DNA from: Candidatus Latescibacterota bacterium
GTDB lineage: Bacteria > Latescibacterota > UBA2968
Direction: 5' to 3'
DNA length: 64,000 nt
Assembly: GCA_965204745.1 (NCBI GenBank)
Contig: OZ242010.1
Location: 1,536,001-1,600,000 of the forward strand
A model generated the notes under the pieces. That model worked only from the letters and a program-made list of their open reading frames with translations, did not search any database and was not told the origin of the DNA. The position numbers and the translations under genes are program-made. Below, piece by piece: positions 37,805 to 47,508 of this stretch (the first letter of the stretch is position 1; each line of letters starts with the position of its first letter).

Positions 37805-40345
37805 CTACAGCCGCGGATCCACGGGTTCGCTTTCGAGCGCGAGGACGCCGAATACGCATTCGTGGATGCGGCGTAGGGGGTCGTTTTGCACAAAGCGATT
37901 GAGGGCTTCGAGGCCCAAGGCAAATTCGCGCAGGGCCAGGGATTGCTTGGTTTTGACATTGCGCCACCGCAATTTTTCGAGATTTCCCGGAGTCGTGTAT
38001 TCCGGGCCGTAGATGATGCGGAGGTACTCGCGCCCTCGGCACTTGATGGCGGGCTGAATCAGCCGGCCTTTTTTGTTGCGTGCGATGAACGGGATGGGTT
38101 TGACGACCATGCCCTCGCGGCCCTGCGCCGTGATTCGTTCCCACCATGCAACGGCGTCGCCACAACTCTGCGCGTCATTGAGATCGACGATGCGATAGGG
38201 CGTGGCGTGGAGAAGATCCGCATCCGCACGACAGAGTGTTGCGAGGGTCTCCATGTGCCATGGGTGCGCCCGTGTGTGGTGAACCGCGCCTTCTGTGCCG
38301 AGGATGTGAAAGGGCGCGAGTTTGAGATCGTCCAAGCCGTGAACGGGCCAGCAATACGCCCGATACGCTTCGATATACCGGTCGACGCGCCGAGAACGCG
38401 CCCGGTACTCGGCGAGGCTATCGGCGACGTCAATGCCGTTGGCAGCGGCGGCGTTGAGCGCGTCCAAAGCAGCGTCGAGTGACGCACGGGCAGCCGCGCC
38501 CACCGCAGCGTATTGCTCCTGCAAGAGTTGTTGTGCGCGTGCGGACCAGGGCATCATTTCGCAGTCTAGCGCGATCCAATCCGTGTCGAGTCCCTTCCAG
38601 AGATCGGCTTTGGAGACCGCGTCTTGCAGGCGGGCGAGGCACGCGGATTCGAGACGCGCATCGTCGAAAAACGGCCGCCCGGTTCGCGTATAACACGCGC
38701 CCAATACCGGCTCGGACAGGCCAAAGCGGTCGCGGGCAACCTCGCCATTCTCGCAGAGGACGACCACGGCGCGAGACCCCATGTGCTTTTCCTCGCAGAT
38801 CACCTGCGCGAGCTCGTTCTCCCGGTAATAAGCCAACGCTTCGTCCGGGTGTTCGAGGACATCGGGGCGCGAACTCGTTTTTGACGGGGACATGGTCGGC
38901 GGCAAATAGATCAGCCATTTTGGATCGATGGCATAGCGGCTCATCACCTCTAACGCGGCGGTGGCGTGTTCCTCGCGGATGGTGATGCGCGGGATGAGGA
39001 AGGTATCCACCGCCCGCTTGCCGATCACATCGTCAATATCGAGCATATCGTCGTGCGTTTGTTGCGCCGAGCGATGCGTTTCGGGAATGAGGGGCCGCGC
39101 GGGTTTGGCATACACCTTGAGCGAGGGCACGGAAACGCATTCTTTTTCCGGATAGCGCAGGGCCGTGAGCGCGCCGCCATAGACGCAACCCGTGTCGATG
39201 TTGATGGTGTTGTTGAGCCATTCGGCCCGCGGCACCGGCGTATGTCCATAAACCACTGTGGCCGCGCCGCGATACCCGGCGGCCCAATTCAGGCGAACCG
39301 GCAAGCCAAATTCGTCTGTCTCGCCTGTGGGCTCGCCATAGAGGGCAAACGAGCGCACCGCGCCCGATGTGCGCCCGACCAATTCTTCCGTCATCCCCGC
39401 ATGTGCCACGACGAGATTGCCGCTATCGAGCGCGTAGTGGCTGACCAACGCATCGAGAAAATCCGCATAGCGTTTGCGGTCGCGTGCGTCGATCTGCGCC
39501 AACGAATCGGAAAGCCCATACGTGGGCCTGACCCGCCTGCCCCGAAGGGCGCGCACCAAGCGGACATCGTGATTCCCGGGGATACACAGGGCCGCGCCGG
39601 CCTCGACCATGTGCATGACCAGATCGAGCACATGGGGGATTTTTGGACCGCGATCCACCAAGTCCCCCAAAAAGATGGCCTTGCGCCCCGGCGGCGGCGT
39701 GATCAGATCCGGGCGGATATCGTAACCGAGTTTGTCCAACAGGGTGATCAATTCGTCATAACACCCGTGAACGTCGCCGATAATGTCAAATGGCCCGCAC
39801 TCGTCCTTGCGGTTCGACCAAACCTTCTCGCGGGTGACGCGCACGCGCCGGACTTCGGCTTCCGAGCGCAAAGTGTAAATCCGCCGAAACCCCTCGCGCT
39901 TGAGGCGTTTGAATGAGCGGCGCAACTGGTGGCATTGATGCCCGATCACATGCCCGCCAAAATTCCGGTCCGGGCGATGCGCGTTGCGCTGGCGGCACAG
40001 GGCTTCGGGCATGTCCAATACAATCGCTATCGGAAAAACGTGGTGCTGTTTTGCCAATGCGACGAGGGGCTTGCGCGCGCTTTCCTGAACACTCGTGGCG
40101 TCGATCACCGTGAGCTTGTAATTGCCGAGGCGTTTGCCCGCGACGTAGTGCAGGGTCTCAAATGCCTCTTTGGTGATGGTCTGGTCCGTTTCGTCGTCGC
40201 TGAGCATCCCGCGAAAGAAATCCGAGGACAGGACTTCGGTGCGTTTGAAGTGGGTCTTCGCAAACGTGGATTTGCCAGCCCCAGACGCGCCGATGAGGAC
40301 GACGAGGGCGATTTCCGGGATTGTGATGTGAATGGATTTGGACAT
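37805..40345 (-). CDS. pnkp: Bacterial polynucleotide kinase-phosphatase-ligase Pnkp (RNA repair)
   Basis: P-loop GASGAGKS; metallophosphoesterase GDVHG, GDLVDRG, GNHD; ligase EEKHMGSR, EGMVVKP; C-terminal ESEPVDPRL. Confidence 0.93.
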   Translation of the reverse strand: MSKSIHITIPEIALVVLIGASGAGKSTFAKTHFKRTEVLSSDFFRGMLSDDETDQTITKEAFETLHYVAGKRLGNYKLTVIDATSVQESARKPLVALAKQHHVFPIAIVLDMPEALCRQRNAHRPDRNFGGHVIGHQCHQLRRSFKRLKREGFRRIYTLRSEAEVRRVRVTREKVWSNRKDECGPFDIIGDVHGCYDELITLLDKLGYDIRPDLITPPPGRKAIFLGDLVDRGPKIPHVLDLVMHMVEAGAALCIPGNHDVRLVRALRGRRVRPTYGLSDSLAQIDARDRKRYADFLDALVSHYALDSGNLVVAHAGMTEELVGRTSGAVRSFALYGEPTGETDEFGLPVRLNWAAGYRGAATVVYGHTPVPRAEWLNNTINIDTGCVYGGALTALRYPEKECVSVPSLKVYAKPARPLIPETHRSAQQTHDDMLDIDDVIGKRAVDTFLIPRITIREEHATAALEVMSRYAIDPKWLIYLPPTMSPSKTSSRPDVLEHPDEALAYYRENELAQVICEEKHMGSRAVVVLCENGEVARDRFGLSEPVLGACYTRTGRPFFDDARLESACLARLQDAVSKADLWKGLDTDWIALDCEMMPWSARAQQLLQEQYAAVGAAARASLDAALDALNAAAANGIDVADSLAEYRARSRRVDRYIEAYRAYCWPVHGLDDLKLAPFHILGTEGAVHHTRAHPWHMETLATLCRADADLLHATPYRIVDLNDAQSCGDAVAWWERITAQGREGMVVKPIPFIARNKKGRLIQPAIKCRGREYLRIIYGPEYTTPGNLEKLRWRNVKTKQSLALREFALGLEALNRFVQNDPLRRIHECVFGVLALESEPVDPRL

Positions 40346-40450
40346 AGATCGGTGAGAGGTAAGAGGTAAGAGGTAAGACGGGAGAAGACCTACACACGGC
40401 TCGCCTTTGAACGGGTACTTGAAGCCCCGTCAATTCATTTCGGGGGGCTA

Positions 40451-41014
40451 TCACGCAATCACAATCGCGTGTGCGACCTCCGGCCCATGTACCCCCAGCG
40501 TCAGCCGCATTTCGATATCGGCGGTTCGGCTCGGCCCGGAAATAAATGTGGCCGTTGCATTGTGGGAATGATCCACGAAAAATTGGCGCAACGGGGCGGC
40601 GGCATCCGTCAAATTTGCCAGCAACATAGCCGCCTTAAAAATGCCGATATGCACGCGGGGCAAGGTCGAAACGAGGCGCGCGGCATCGTCCAAGGCAAAC
40701 TCGACGAGACTGCCCGACTCGGCCACGGCAAATGCGGCCCATGACACCCCCACCTCGGTCGCGTCAATCGCGTGGGGCAATGCGCGATTGTCAAAGGGCG
40801 GCGCGAGCACCTCAACCCCCGCATCCACGCACGCGCTTTGGATCGCAACGTCCAACCCATCGGGCAATTCGGCGAGCGCGACCCGCTTGCAATCAACATC
40901 ACGGAGCACTTGCACCACGATGGGCGCGACCGCATCCGCGCCCTCGGCCACATGCGCGATGCCAGACAATGACGCATACTTTTTCACGAATACATCGATC
41001 AATTCAGCATTCAT
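40451..41014 (-). CDS. LUD domain protein (LutC/YkgG-like)
   Basis: AVAESGSLV, FISGPSRTADIEMRLTLGVHGP. Confidence 0.88.
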   Translation of the reverse strand: MNAELIDVFVKKYASLSGIAHVAEGADAVAPIVVQVLRDVDCKRVALAELPDGLDVAIQSACVDAGVEVLAPPFDNRALPHAIDATEVGVSWAAFAVAESGSLVEFALDDAARLVSTLPRVHIGIFKAAMLLANLTDAAAPLRQFFVDHSHNATATFISGPSRTADIEMRLTLGVHGPEVAHAIVIA

Positions 41015-41248
41015 AGCACACCCATCCATAGAAGTTTCAAAGCGCGCCCAAAGTAATGCGAAACCCCGTTTGACGCAAGTTTTTCGGGCGAGAAAACACC
41101 TGTCTGAATCGCAGATTCAACGGATTACGCAGATTACGCGGATTGGGCAACGCAGGTTGGGCAGAGGGCGCAGAAAGGCAACAGGCAAAGAGAAAGCCCG
41201 AGTTCCTTGCGAACCCGGGCTTGGTTTGTTGCGTGCATTGTTTTGCCG

Positions 41249-41512
41249 CTATCCGGCATTGACTTTCTCGGACAGCCAGACCTCAATCAGCGATTGATAA
41301 GGGATATCCCTCTCGTTGGCCGCCACCTCAATGCGCTCGAGCAACTCGACGGGCAATCGCAGTGAAATCGCCTTAGTCCCTTTGAGATTGGGGAAACAGA
41401 CGCTTTCTGCCGCGCTCCAATCCACATAGTCGGTCGAGTCATGACGCTCCCAAAAAGCCCGCTCTTCCGCCTCGGTCTCAAAGGCGGGAATGGGTTTGAG
41501 TTCCTTCTTCAT
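41249..41512 (-). CDS. BrnA/CopG-type antitoxin (orphan)
   Basis: IPAFETEAEERAFWERHDS...ISLRLP...IPYQSLI. Confidence 0.88.
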   Translation of the reverse strand: MKKELKPIPAFETEAEERAFWERHDSTDYVDWSAAESVCFPNLKGTKAISLRLPVELLERIEVAANERDIPYQSLIEVWLSEKVNAG

Positions 41513-41693
41513 AACGAGTTCGCTCCTTGCGGCTCATAATATATATATGCGTAAGAGCCGCGTCAATCAACCCTGTAATCCCTGAAGGGGTTGGTGCGGG
41601 GGCATGCGCTGTACTTTGCGCTTTGCACTTTGTGCTTTATCCATTATCTTAAATCCATCTTCGCATTCCCACTCACCATTTAGGTCATCTCCC

Positions 41694-42665
41694 ATGTCAT
41701 CTCCAATACGCATCGCGCAGGTTGGGCTTGGGCCGCTCGGCCTTATGCTCACGCCGTATTTGCTCGGGCGGTCGGGCATTGAAATCGTCAGTGCAATCGA
41801 CATTGACCCAGCCAAATCCGGGCGTGACTTGGGCGAGGTCAGCGCGGTCGGGCAACCCATCGGCATTGCGATCAGCGGCGATCTCGACCGGGGCTTGGCA
41901 GGCGTGGATCTCACGGTGGTGACGACCGTATCAGAACTCCAACGCATCGCGCCCACCTTGGAAAACATCCTCAATCGCGGCGTCCATGTGGTTTCCACTT
42001 GCGAAGAACTGTCCTATCCGTGGGCCACGCAACCCGATCTGTCCGCAACCATCGACGCATGGGCAACAGCACATGGTGTCTCGGTTCTCGGCACCGGCAT
42101 CAACCCCGGCTTTCTCATGGACTTCTTGCCCACCGCGGCCACGGGCATCTGTCACGACGTGCGGGCCATCCGCGTTGAACGCATCCAAGACGCCTCGGCG
42201 CGCCGCCTGCCCTTTCAGCAAAAAATAGGGGCCGGCCTGACCGTCGAAGAATTTGAATCCCGCGTATCCGACGGAAAACTCCGCCACGTCGGCCTCGCCG
42301 AATCCATGCACATGATCGCAGCGCGACTGGGCTGGACCCTCGACCACACCGAAGACATTGTGCAACCCGTCATCTCCCCGGATCCGGCGCGCTGTGCCGG
42401 GGTCTTGCAAACCGGGCGGGGGTACCAAAACGGCCGGGAAGTCATCACCTTGGTCTTCAAAGCCGCCGTTGGACAGACGGACCCGCGGGAACGCATCCAA
42501 ATCGCCGGCACGCCCTCATTCGACCTGATCATCCCGGGCGGCATCAACGGCGATCTCGCCACCTGCGCGGTCATTGCCAATGCCATTCCCATTGTCGCTG
42601 CGGCCCCTGCCGGGCTACACACTATGGTCGACCTGCCTCCGCTTTCCTGCGCGCAATCTGAATAG
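41694..42665 (+). CDS. NAD(P)-dependent amine dehydrogenase / 2,4-diaminopentanoate dehydrogenase-like (DapB-type N-terminus)
   Basis: GLGPLG, STCEEL, GTGINPGFLMD, GDLAT. Confidence 0.82.
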   Translation: MSSPIRIAQVGLGPLGLMLTPYLLGRSGIEIVSAIDIDPAKSGRDLGEVSAVGQPIGIAISGDLDRGLAGVDLTVVTTVSELQRIAPTLENILNRGVHVVSTCEELSYPWATQPDLSATIDAWATAHGVSVLGTGINPGFLMDFLPTAATGICHDVRAIRVERIQDASARRLPFQQKIGAGLTVEEFESRVSDGKLRHVGLAESMHMIAARLGWTLDHTEDIVQPVISPDPARCAGVLQTGRGYQNGREVITLVFKAAVGQTDPRERIQIAGTPSFDLIIPGGINGDLATCAVIANAIPIVAAAPAGLHTMVDLPPLSCAQSE

Positions 42666-42844
42666 ACGCTCTCTCCCCCCCCCCCCCCCCCCGCCCCTCG
42701 ACCCCCAAGTGGTCAGTAGTCAGTGGTCAGTGGTCAGTCCCCGCCCCCCAATCCCCCAAAACCCGACGTACTTCGCAATGGGGTATAACGAGTTGCTTCT
42801 CAAGCCGGTTCCGTTGTTTCGCTGAATCAGTTCATGAGGGATCG

Positions 42845-45034
42845 ATGCCGTTCACTGTCTCCAAAAATGAAATCCAGCGCGTCGCCGCGGGCGATCACGC
42901 CGACCCTTTCGCCATCTTGGGCATGCACGTCGTCGCCACGGACAAGGGACGCGCACTCGCGGTACGCACCATGCAACCCGGCGCGGTATCCGTCGCCCTC
43001 GTCGCAGACACAGAACGCGCCATCCTCCAACAATATCGACAGACCGGCTTTTTTGAACTCCTCCTGCCGCAACGCCACGCGCCGTTTCCCTACCGCTTGC
43101 ACATCACCTATCCAGATGGCTATGACATGACCATCGCCGATCCCTATGCCTTCCCGCCCGTGCTCGGCGACTTTGACCTGCACCTGCACCGAGAAGGCAA
43201 GCACCACCGCATCTACGACCGGCTCGGCGCGCACCCGATGGCATTGCACGACCAACCCGGGGTGTGGTTTGCCGTGTGGGTGCCCAATGCGCGGCGCGTC
43301 AGCGTGGTTGGCGATTTCAACGCCTGGAACGGATGCCAGCACCCCATGCGGAACAGGGGCGACTCCGGGATATGGGAGCTTTTCATCCCCGACTTGGAGA
43401 TGGGCAACGTCTATAAATACGAAATCAAGGCCCAAACCGGCGACGTATTTGCCAAGAGCGACCCATATTGTTTTTGGATGGAACACCGCCCGCGCACCGG
43501 GTCTGTTGTGTACCGCCCAGACGACGCCCTGTGGAATGACGCGGATTGGCTATATGCACGCCAGCAGAGCAATCCCTACGCGGCCCCAATCGCCATATAC
43601 GAAGTCCACTTGGGATCGTGGCGGCGCAAAAACAACCGCTCGCTCACGTACCGAGAACTCGCCCCCGAGTTGGTCGAATACGCGCTCGACATGGGGTACA
43701 CGCACGTCGAGTTGCTCCCCATCATGGAACATCCCTTGGACGAATCGTGGGGCTATCAGGTCGCGGGCTACTACGCGCCCACCAGCCGCTTTGGCACGCC
43801 GGACGATTTCATCTATTTCGTCGACCATTGCCACGCGCACGGCCTTGGCGTGATCCTCGATTGGGTGCCCGCGCACTTTCCCACAGACGCACACGGCCTC
43901 GCCCAGTTCGACGGGTCCGCAGTGTACGAACACGCGGACCCCCGGCAAGGCGCGCATCCGGATTGGGGCACGTTGATTTTTAATTACGGCCGCGCCGAGG
44001 TTCGCAATTTTCTGATCGCCAATGCCCTGTTCTGGATCGAGAAATACCACATCGACGGGTTGCGCGTCGATGCGGTTTCGTCCATGCTCTACCTCGATTA
44101 TTCGCGCAAAGAGGGCGAGTGGATCCCCAACCCCGAGGGCGGGCGAGAAAATTTGGACGCCATTGCTTTGATGCGCGAACTCAACACCGCGATCCACGAC
44201 AAATTTCCGGGGGTGTTGATGATCGCCGAGGAATCGACCGCATGGCCCGGGGTCTCCCGGCCCGTGCATCTCGGCGGCTTGGGCTTTGGGTTCAAGTGGA
44301 ACATGGGCTGGATGAACGACGCGTTGTCCTACATGTCTAAAGAACCGATCCACCGCAAGTACCACCACGACAACCTCACCTTTGGCTTGGTCTATGCCTT
44401 CCACGAAAATTTTATCCTCGCCTTGTCCCACGACGAAGTCGTCCACGGCAAGGGCGCGCTTTTGAACAAAATGCCCGGCGACCGCTGGCAGAAATTCGCC
44501 AATCTGCGCGCTTTTTACGCTTTTCAATACGCGCATCCCGGGAAAAAATTGCTCTTCATGGGCGGCGAATTTGGGCAGTGGCGCGAATGGGACGCGCGGG
44601 AAAGCCTGCACTGGCACTTGCTCGCAGAACCCGACCACGCGGGCCTCCAACGCTTTGTGCGAGACCTCAACGCGCTCTATCGTTCAGAACCCGCGCTTTG
44701 CGAACGCGATTTTGACCCGACGGGCTTTGAATGGATCGCACGCCACGACGCCGCGAACAGCGTCCTCGCCTTCCTCCGCCGCGCCCACTCATCCGATGCT
44801 CCCCTGATCTTCGCGTGTAATTTTACTCCTATCCCGCGCAGAAATTACCGCATCGGCGTGCCCGCGCCAGGCATGTATCGAGAACTCATCAACAGCGACG
44901 CGCAGTGCTATGGCGGCAGCAACCTGGGCAACTTCGGCGCGGTTCACACCGAGCAAATAGAAAGCCACGGCCACCCGCACTCCCTCCAACTCACCCTCCC
45001 CCCGCTCGCCGCGGTCATGTTCAAGCGCGAGTAA
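42845..45034 (+). CDS. glgB: 1,4-alpha-glucan branching enzyme
   Basis: IYEVHLGSW, DWVPAHF, GLRVDAV, AEESTAW, LSHDEVV. Confidence 0.97.
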   Translation: MPFTVSKNEIQRVAAGDHADPFAILGMHVVATDKGRALAVRTMQPGAVSVALVADTERAILQQYRQTGFFELLLPQRHAPFPYRLHITYPDGYDMTIADPYAFPPVLGDFDLHLHREGKHHRIYDRLGAHPMALHDQPGVWFAVWVPNARRVSVVGDFNAWNGCQHPMRNRGDSGIWELFIPDLEMGNVYKYEIKAQTGDVFAKSDPYCFWMEHRPRTGSVVYRPDDALWNDADWLYARQQSNPYAAPIAIYEVHLGSWRRKNNRSLTYRELAPELVEYALDMGYTHVELLPIMEHPLDESWGYQVAGYYAPTSRFGTPDDFIYFVDHCHAHGLGVILDWVPAHFPTDAHGLAQFDGSAVYEHADPRQGAHPDWGTLIFNYGRAEVRNFLIANALFWIEKYHIDGLRVDAVSSMLYLDYSRKEGEWIPNPEGGRENLDAIALMRELNTAIHDKFPGVLMIAEESTAWPGVSRPVHLGGLGFGFKWNMGWMNDALSYMSKEPIHRKYHHDNLTFGLVYAFHENFILALSHDEVVHGKGALLNKMPGDRWQKFANLRAFYAFQYAHPGKKLLFMGGEFGQWREWDARESLHWHLLAEPDHAGLQRFVRDLNALYRSEPALCERDFDPTGFEWIARHDAANSVLAFLRRAHSSDAPLIFACNFTPIPRRNYRIGVPAPGMYRELINSDAQCYGGSNLGNFGAVHTEQIESHGHPHSLQLTLPPLAAVMFKRE

Positions 45035-45174
45035 GCCTCTAAAAAAAATTGGACTCAATCCTCGAGGATTAAGTCCAAAAAATTTCATTAGGTCATGTTG
45101 ACATTTTATTTTTTGACGTTACGCACAGATTAGCAAATGTGTTGCTTGCTCATTTAAGGCGTTTGGTCCTTTGG

Positions 45175-45440
45175 GGGACCTATCCCCCGGCCCCGTTATT
45201 CGCTTCGCTCATTGTAGGCTACGCCTGTGCCTACGAGGAAAGGGGAGTAAAGTGCCTTTGATGGCTTCTCGCTCTGGTTGCTCTAATGGCATTGCGCGAG
45301 GGGACCTATCCCCCGGCCCCTTTCCTACGAGGAAAGGGGAGTAAAGTGCCTTTGATGGCTTCTCGCTCTAGTTGCTCTGATGGCGTTGACCGAGGGCATA
45401 AAGCGATTAAATATCCCTCATCAATCCCCTCGCAAAACCG
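45175..45440. repeat. Tandem ~100-125 bp variants of the GGACCTA hairpin element
   Basis: Units start near 45175 and 45301 and share AGGAAAGGGGAGTAAAGTGCCTTTGATGGCTTCTCGCTCT. Confidence 0.8.
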
Positions 45441-45466
45441 CATTTTCGTATCCGTCGTACCCCGCA

Positions 45467-46558
45467 TCAGGAAAAGAGATCGCAGAGATCGTCTTGTTGG
45501 AGATGGTCGATGAGCGTGCGGCTCGTGCGGGAAAAGGCATACGTATTGAGACCTTTGAGCGCGACCCACGCGAGATCATCGCAGGCAAGGGGGCGCGCTT
45601 TGCCTTTGACATAGCGACACTGAAACGCGTGCAGGGTGATGCTGAAGTGCGTAAAAGCGTGTTTGACCGTGCGATAGCGACCGTCAATTGCGACTTGGAT
45701 GCCCGCGGTTTCCCAAAGGCCGCGCGTGCAGGTGTTTTGCAGGGACTCCCCGTCCCGTCGCGTGCCCGCGGGAAATTCCCAAAGCCCGCCGAGCAAGCCG
45801 TTTCGAGGGCGTTTTGTAATGAGCACTTTGTCGTCGTGCCACGCGATTCCCGCGCAAAGGGTGTGATGGGGGCGCGGTTTCTTTTTTGCTTTGACGGGCA
45901 GGCTTTGCGGGTCCCCTGCTTTGTGGGCCGCGCAGTATTTTTGCACGGGGCATTGATCGCACGCTGGTTTTTTGGGGGTGCAGACCGTCGCGCCGAGTTC
46001 CATGATCGCCTGATTGTAGTCGCCTGCCGCGCCTTTGGGCAGCAGGGATTCGGCGAGTTCCCAAAGTCGATTTTTGACCGCGGTTTGCGTCGTGTCGTCT
46101 CGAATGTCGAACAGGCGCGTGAGCACGCGAATAACATTGCCGTCGAGCACTGCGTGGTCGCGGTCATACGCAATGCTCAAAACCGCGGCAGTGGTATAAG
46201 GGCCGAACCCGGGCAGGGATTTGAGGTCGTCATAAGTACTGGGCACAGTGCCGGCAAAATCCGTAGCGATGGCGTGGGCCGCCTTGTGCAAATTGCGCGC
46301 GCGGGCGTAATACCCCAGTCCCTCCCACGCCTTGAGCACGTCGTCTTGAGACGCATTGGCGAGGTCGCCAACCGTGGGAAACCGGTCGAGAAACCGATGG
46401 TAATAGGGAATGACCGTATCTACCTGCGTTTGCTGGAGCATGAACTCGGCGAGCAAAATGCGATAGGGGTCATCCGTGTGCCGCCACGGCAAGTCGCGTT
46501 TGTGCTTGCGATACCACGCCAAGAGGCGGGTGGCGATCTGTGATGAGATAGGGGGCAT
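45467..46558 (-). CDS. mutY: A/G-specific adenine glycosylase
   Basis: RDLPWR, EFMLQQT, GLGYYARARN, HhH, DGNV, 4Fe-4S Cys motif, NUDIX-like C-terminus. Confidence 0.96.
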   Translation of the reverse strand: MPPISSQIATRLLAWYRKHKRDLPWRHTDDPYRILLAEFMLQQTQVDTVIPYYHRFLDRFPTVGDLANASQDDVLKAWEGLGYYARARNLHKAAHAIATDFAGTVPSTYDDLKSLPGFGPYTTAAVLSIAYDRDHAVLDGNVIRVLTRLFDIRDDTTQTAVKNRLWELAESLLPKGAAGDYNQAIMELGATVCTPKKPACDQCPVQKYCAAHKAGDPQSLPVKAKKKPRPHHTLCAGIAWHDDKVLITKRPRNGLLGGLWEFPAGTRRDGESLQNTCTRGLWETAGIQVAIDGRYRTVKHAFTHFSITLHAFQCRYVKGKARPLACDDLAWVALKGLNTYAFSRTSRTLIDHLQQDDLCDLFS

Positions 46559-46561
46559 AGC

Positions 46562-46879
46562 TCACGTTTTCTCCGCGATATTGCGGGCGTGTTCGCGTAC
46601 GACCTCCGGCGGACTGGCGGCGATCAGGTTGCGAATGGCGAGGATGTTGAGCGCGATGTCTTCCCCAAAGCCGAGGTGGGGAAGGATGATTTCCGGGATA
46701 AAATCAAAGGGCGAAAGGCCGTAGAGCACCGCCAGTACCACGAACACTTTGGGCAACATCGGAACGCGGGCATCCCAAAAGAGCCGCCACGCAAGGCGCA
46801 GGTATTGCGGGAGGCGCGTGATGATCGAGAAAATTCCGCGGACGCGGATCAGACGCAACAGAGCAAAAAGGCCACGCAT
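46562..46879 (-). CDS. DUF1232/YkvA-family membrane protein
   Basis: D-x-RVP...YGLSPFDFIPE...GFGED. Confidence 0.8.
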   Translation of the reverse strand: MRGLFALLRLIRVRGIFSIITRLPQYLRLAWRLFWDARVPMLPKVFVVLAVLYGLSPFDFIPEIILPHLGFGEDIALNILAIRNLIAASPPEVVREHARNIAEKT

Positions 46880-46966
46880 GATGATCACCCGGGAAATGAG
46901 GCGCGAGACGGGAGACGGGAGACGGGAGACGGGAGAGGCGAGAAGGCCACCCAACCCCCGGCCCCA

Positions 46967-47087
46967 AGTTGTCAGTTGTCAGTTGTCAGTTGTCAGTTGT
47001 CAGTTGTCAGTTGTCAGTTGTCAGTTGTCAGTTGTCAGTTGTCAGTTGTCAGTTGTCAGTTGTCAGTTGTCAGTTGTCAGTTGTCAG
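46967..47087. repeat. Perfect heptamer array (AGTTGTC)x17
   Basis: 119 bp counted plus AG; shorter arrays of the same or a related unit at 23387 and 42708. Confidence 0.95.
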
Positions 47088-47508
47088 CCCGCCCCGCCCA
47101 ACCCCCTTCGGTAAGAGGGGAGACGGGAGACGTAAGATGGGGTTAGCCACGAGCGGGGTACAACTGGCGATAGCCAGTTCAAAGGCACAAAAAGGGTACA
47201 TGGCAACAGCCCATTCAAAGGCGAGTAGCGAGTGTAGGTCTTCTCCCGTCTTGCCTCTCACCTCTCACCTTTTAAGGATACAAGAAGCAATTTTTCGTCA
47301 CTCCGGCGCACGCACAGGCGTAGCCAACGCCGGAATCCAGTGACTATTGCTTTTTTAATATACCGCGGATCACATCACTTGACAACGCGAATTGAGAATA
47401 GAAAGCAAGCGGTAGCCAATCGGACATGACAGGGTGGGACGGGCACGCACGGGCGGAGAGGCGGCGAGGCACGCACGGATTGACTACTCATTCCTCGAAA
47501 GTTATCCC

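Noticed and set aside
46589-47343. ORFs encoding (SCQLSVV)n
   Set aside because: Translation of the non-coding heptamer array
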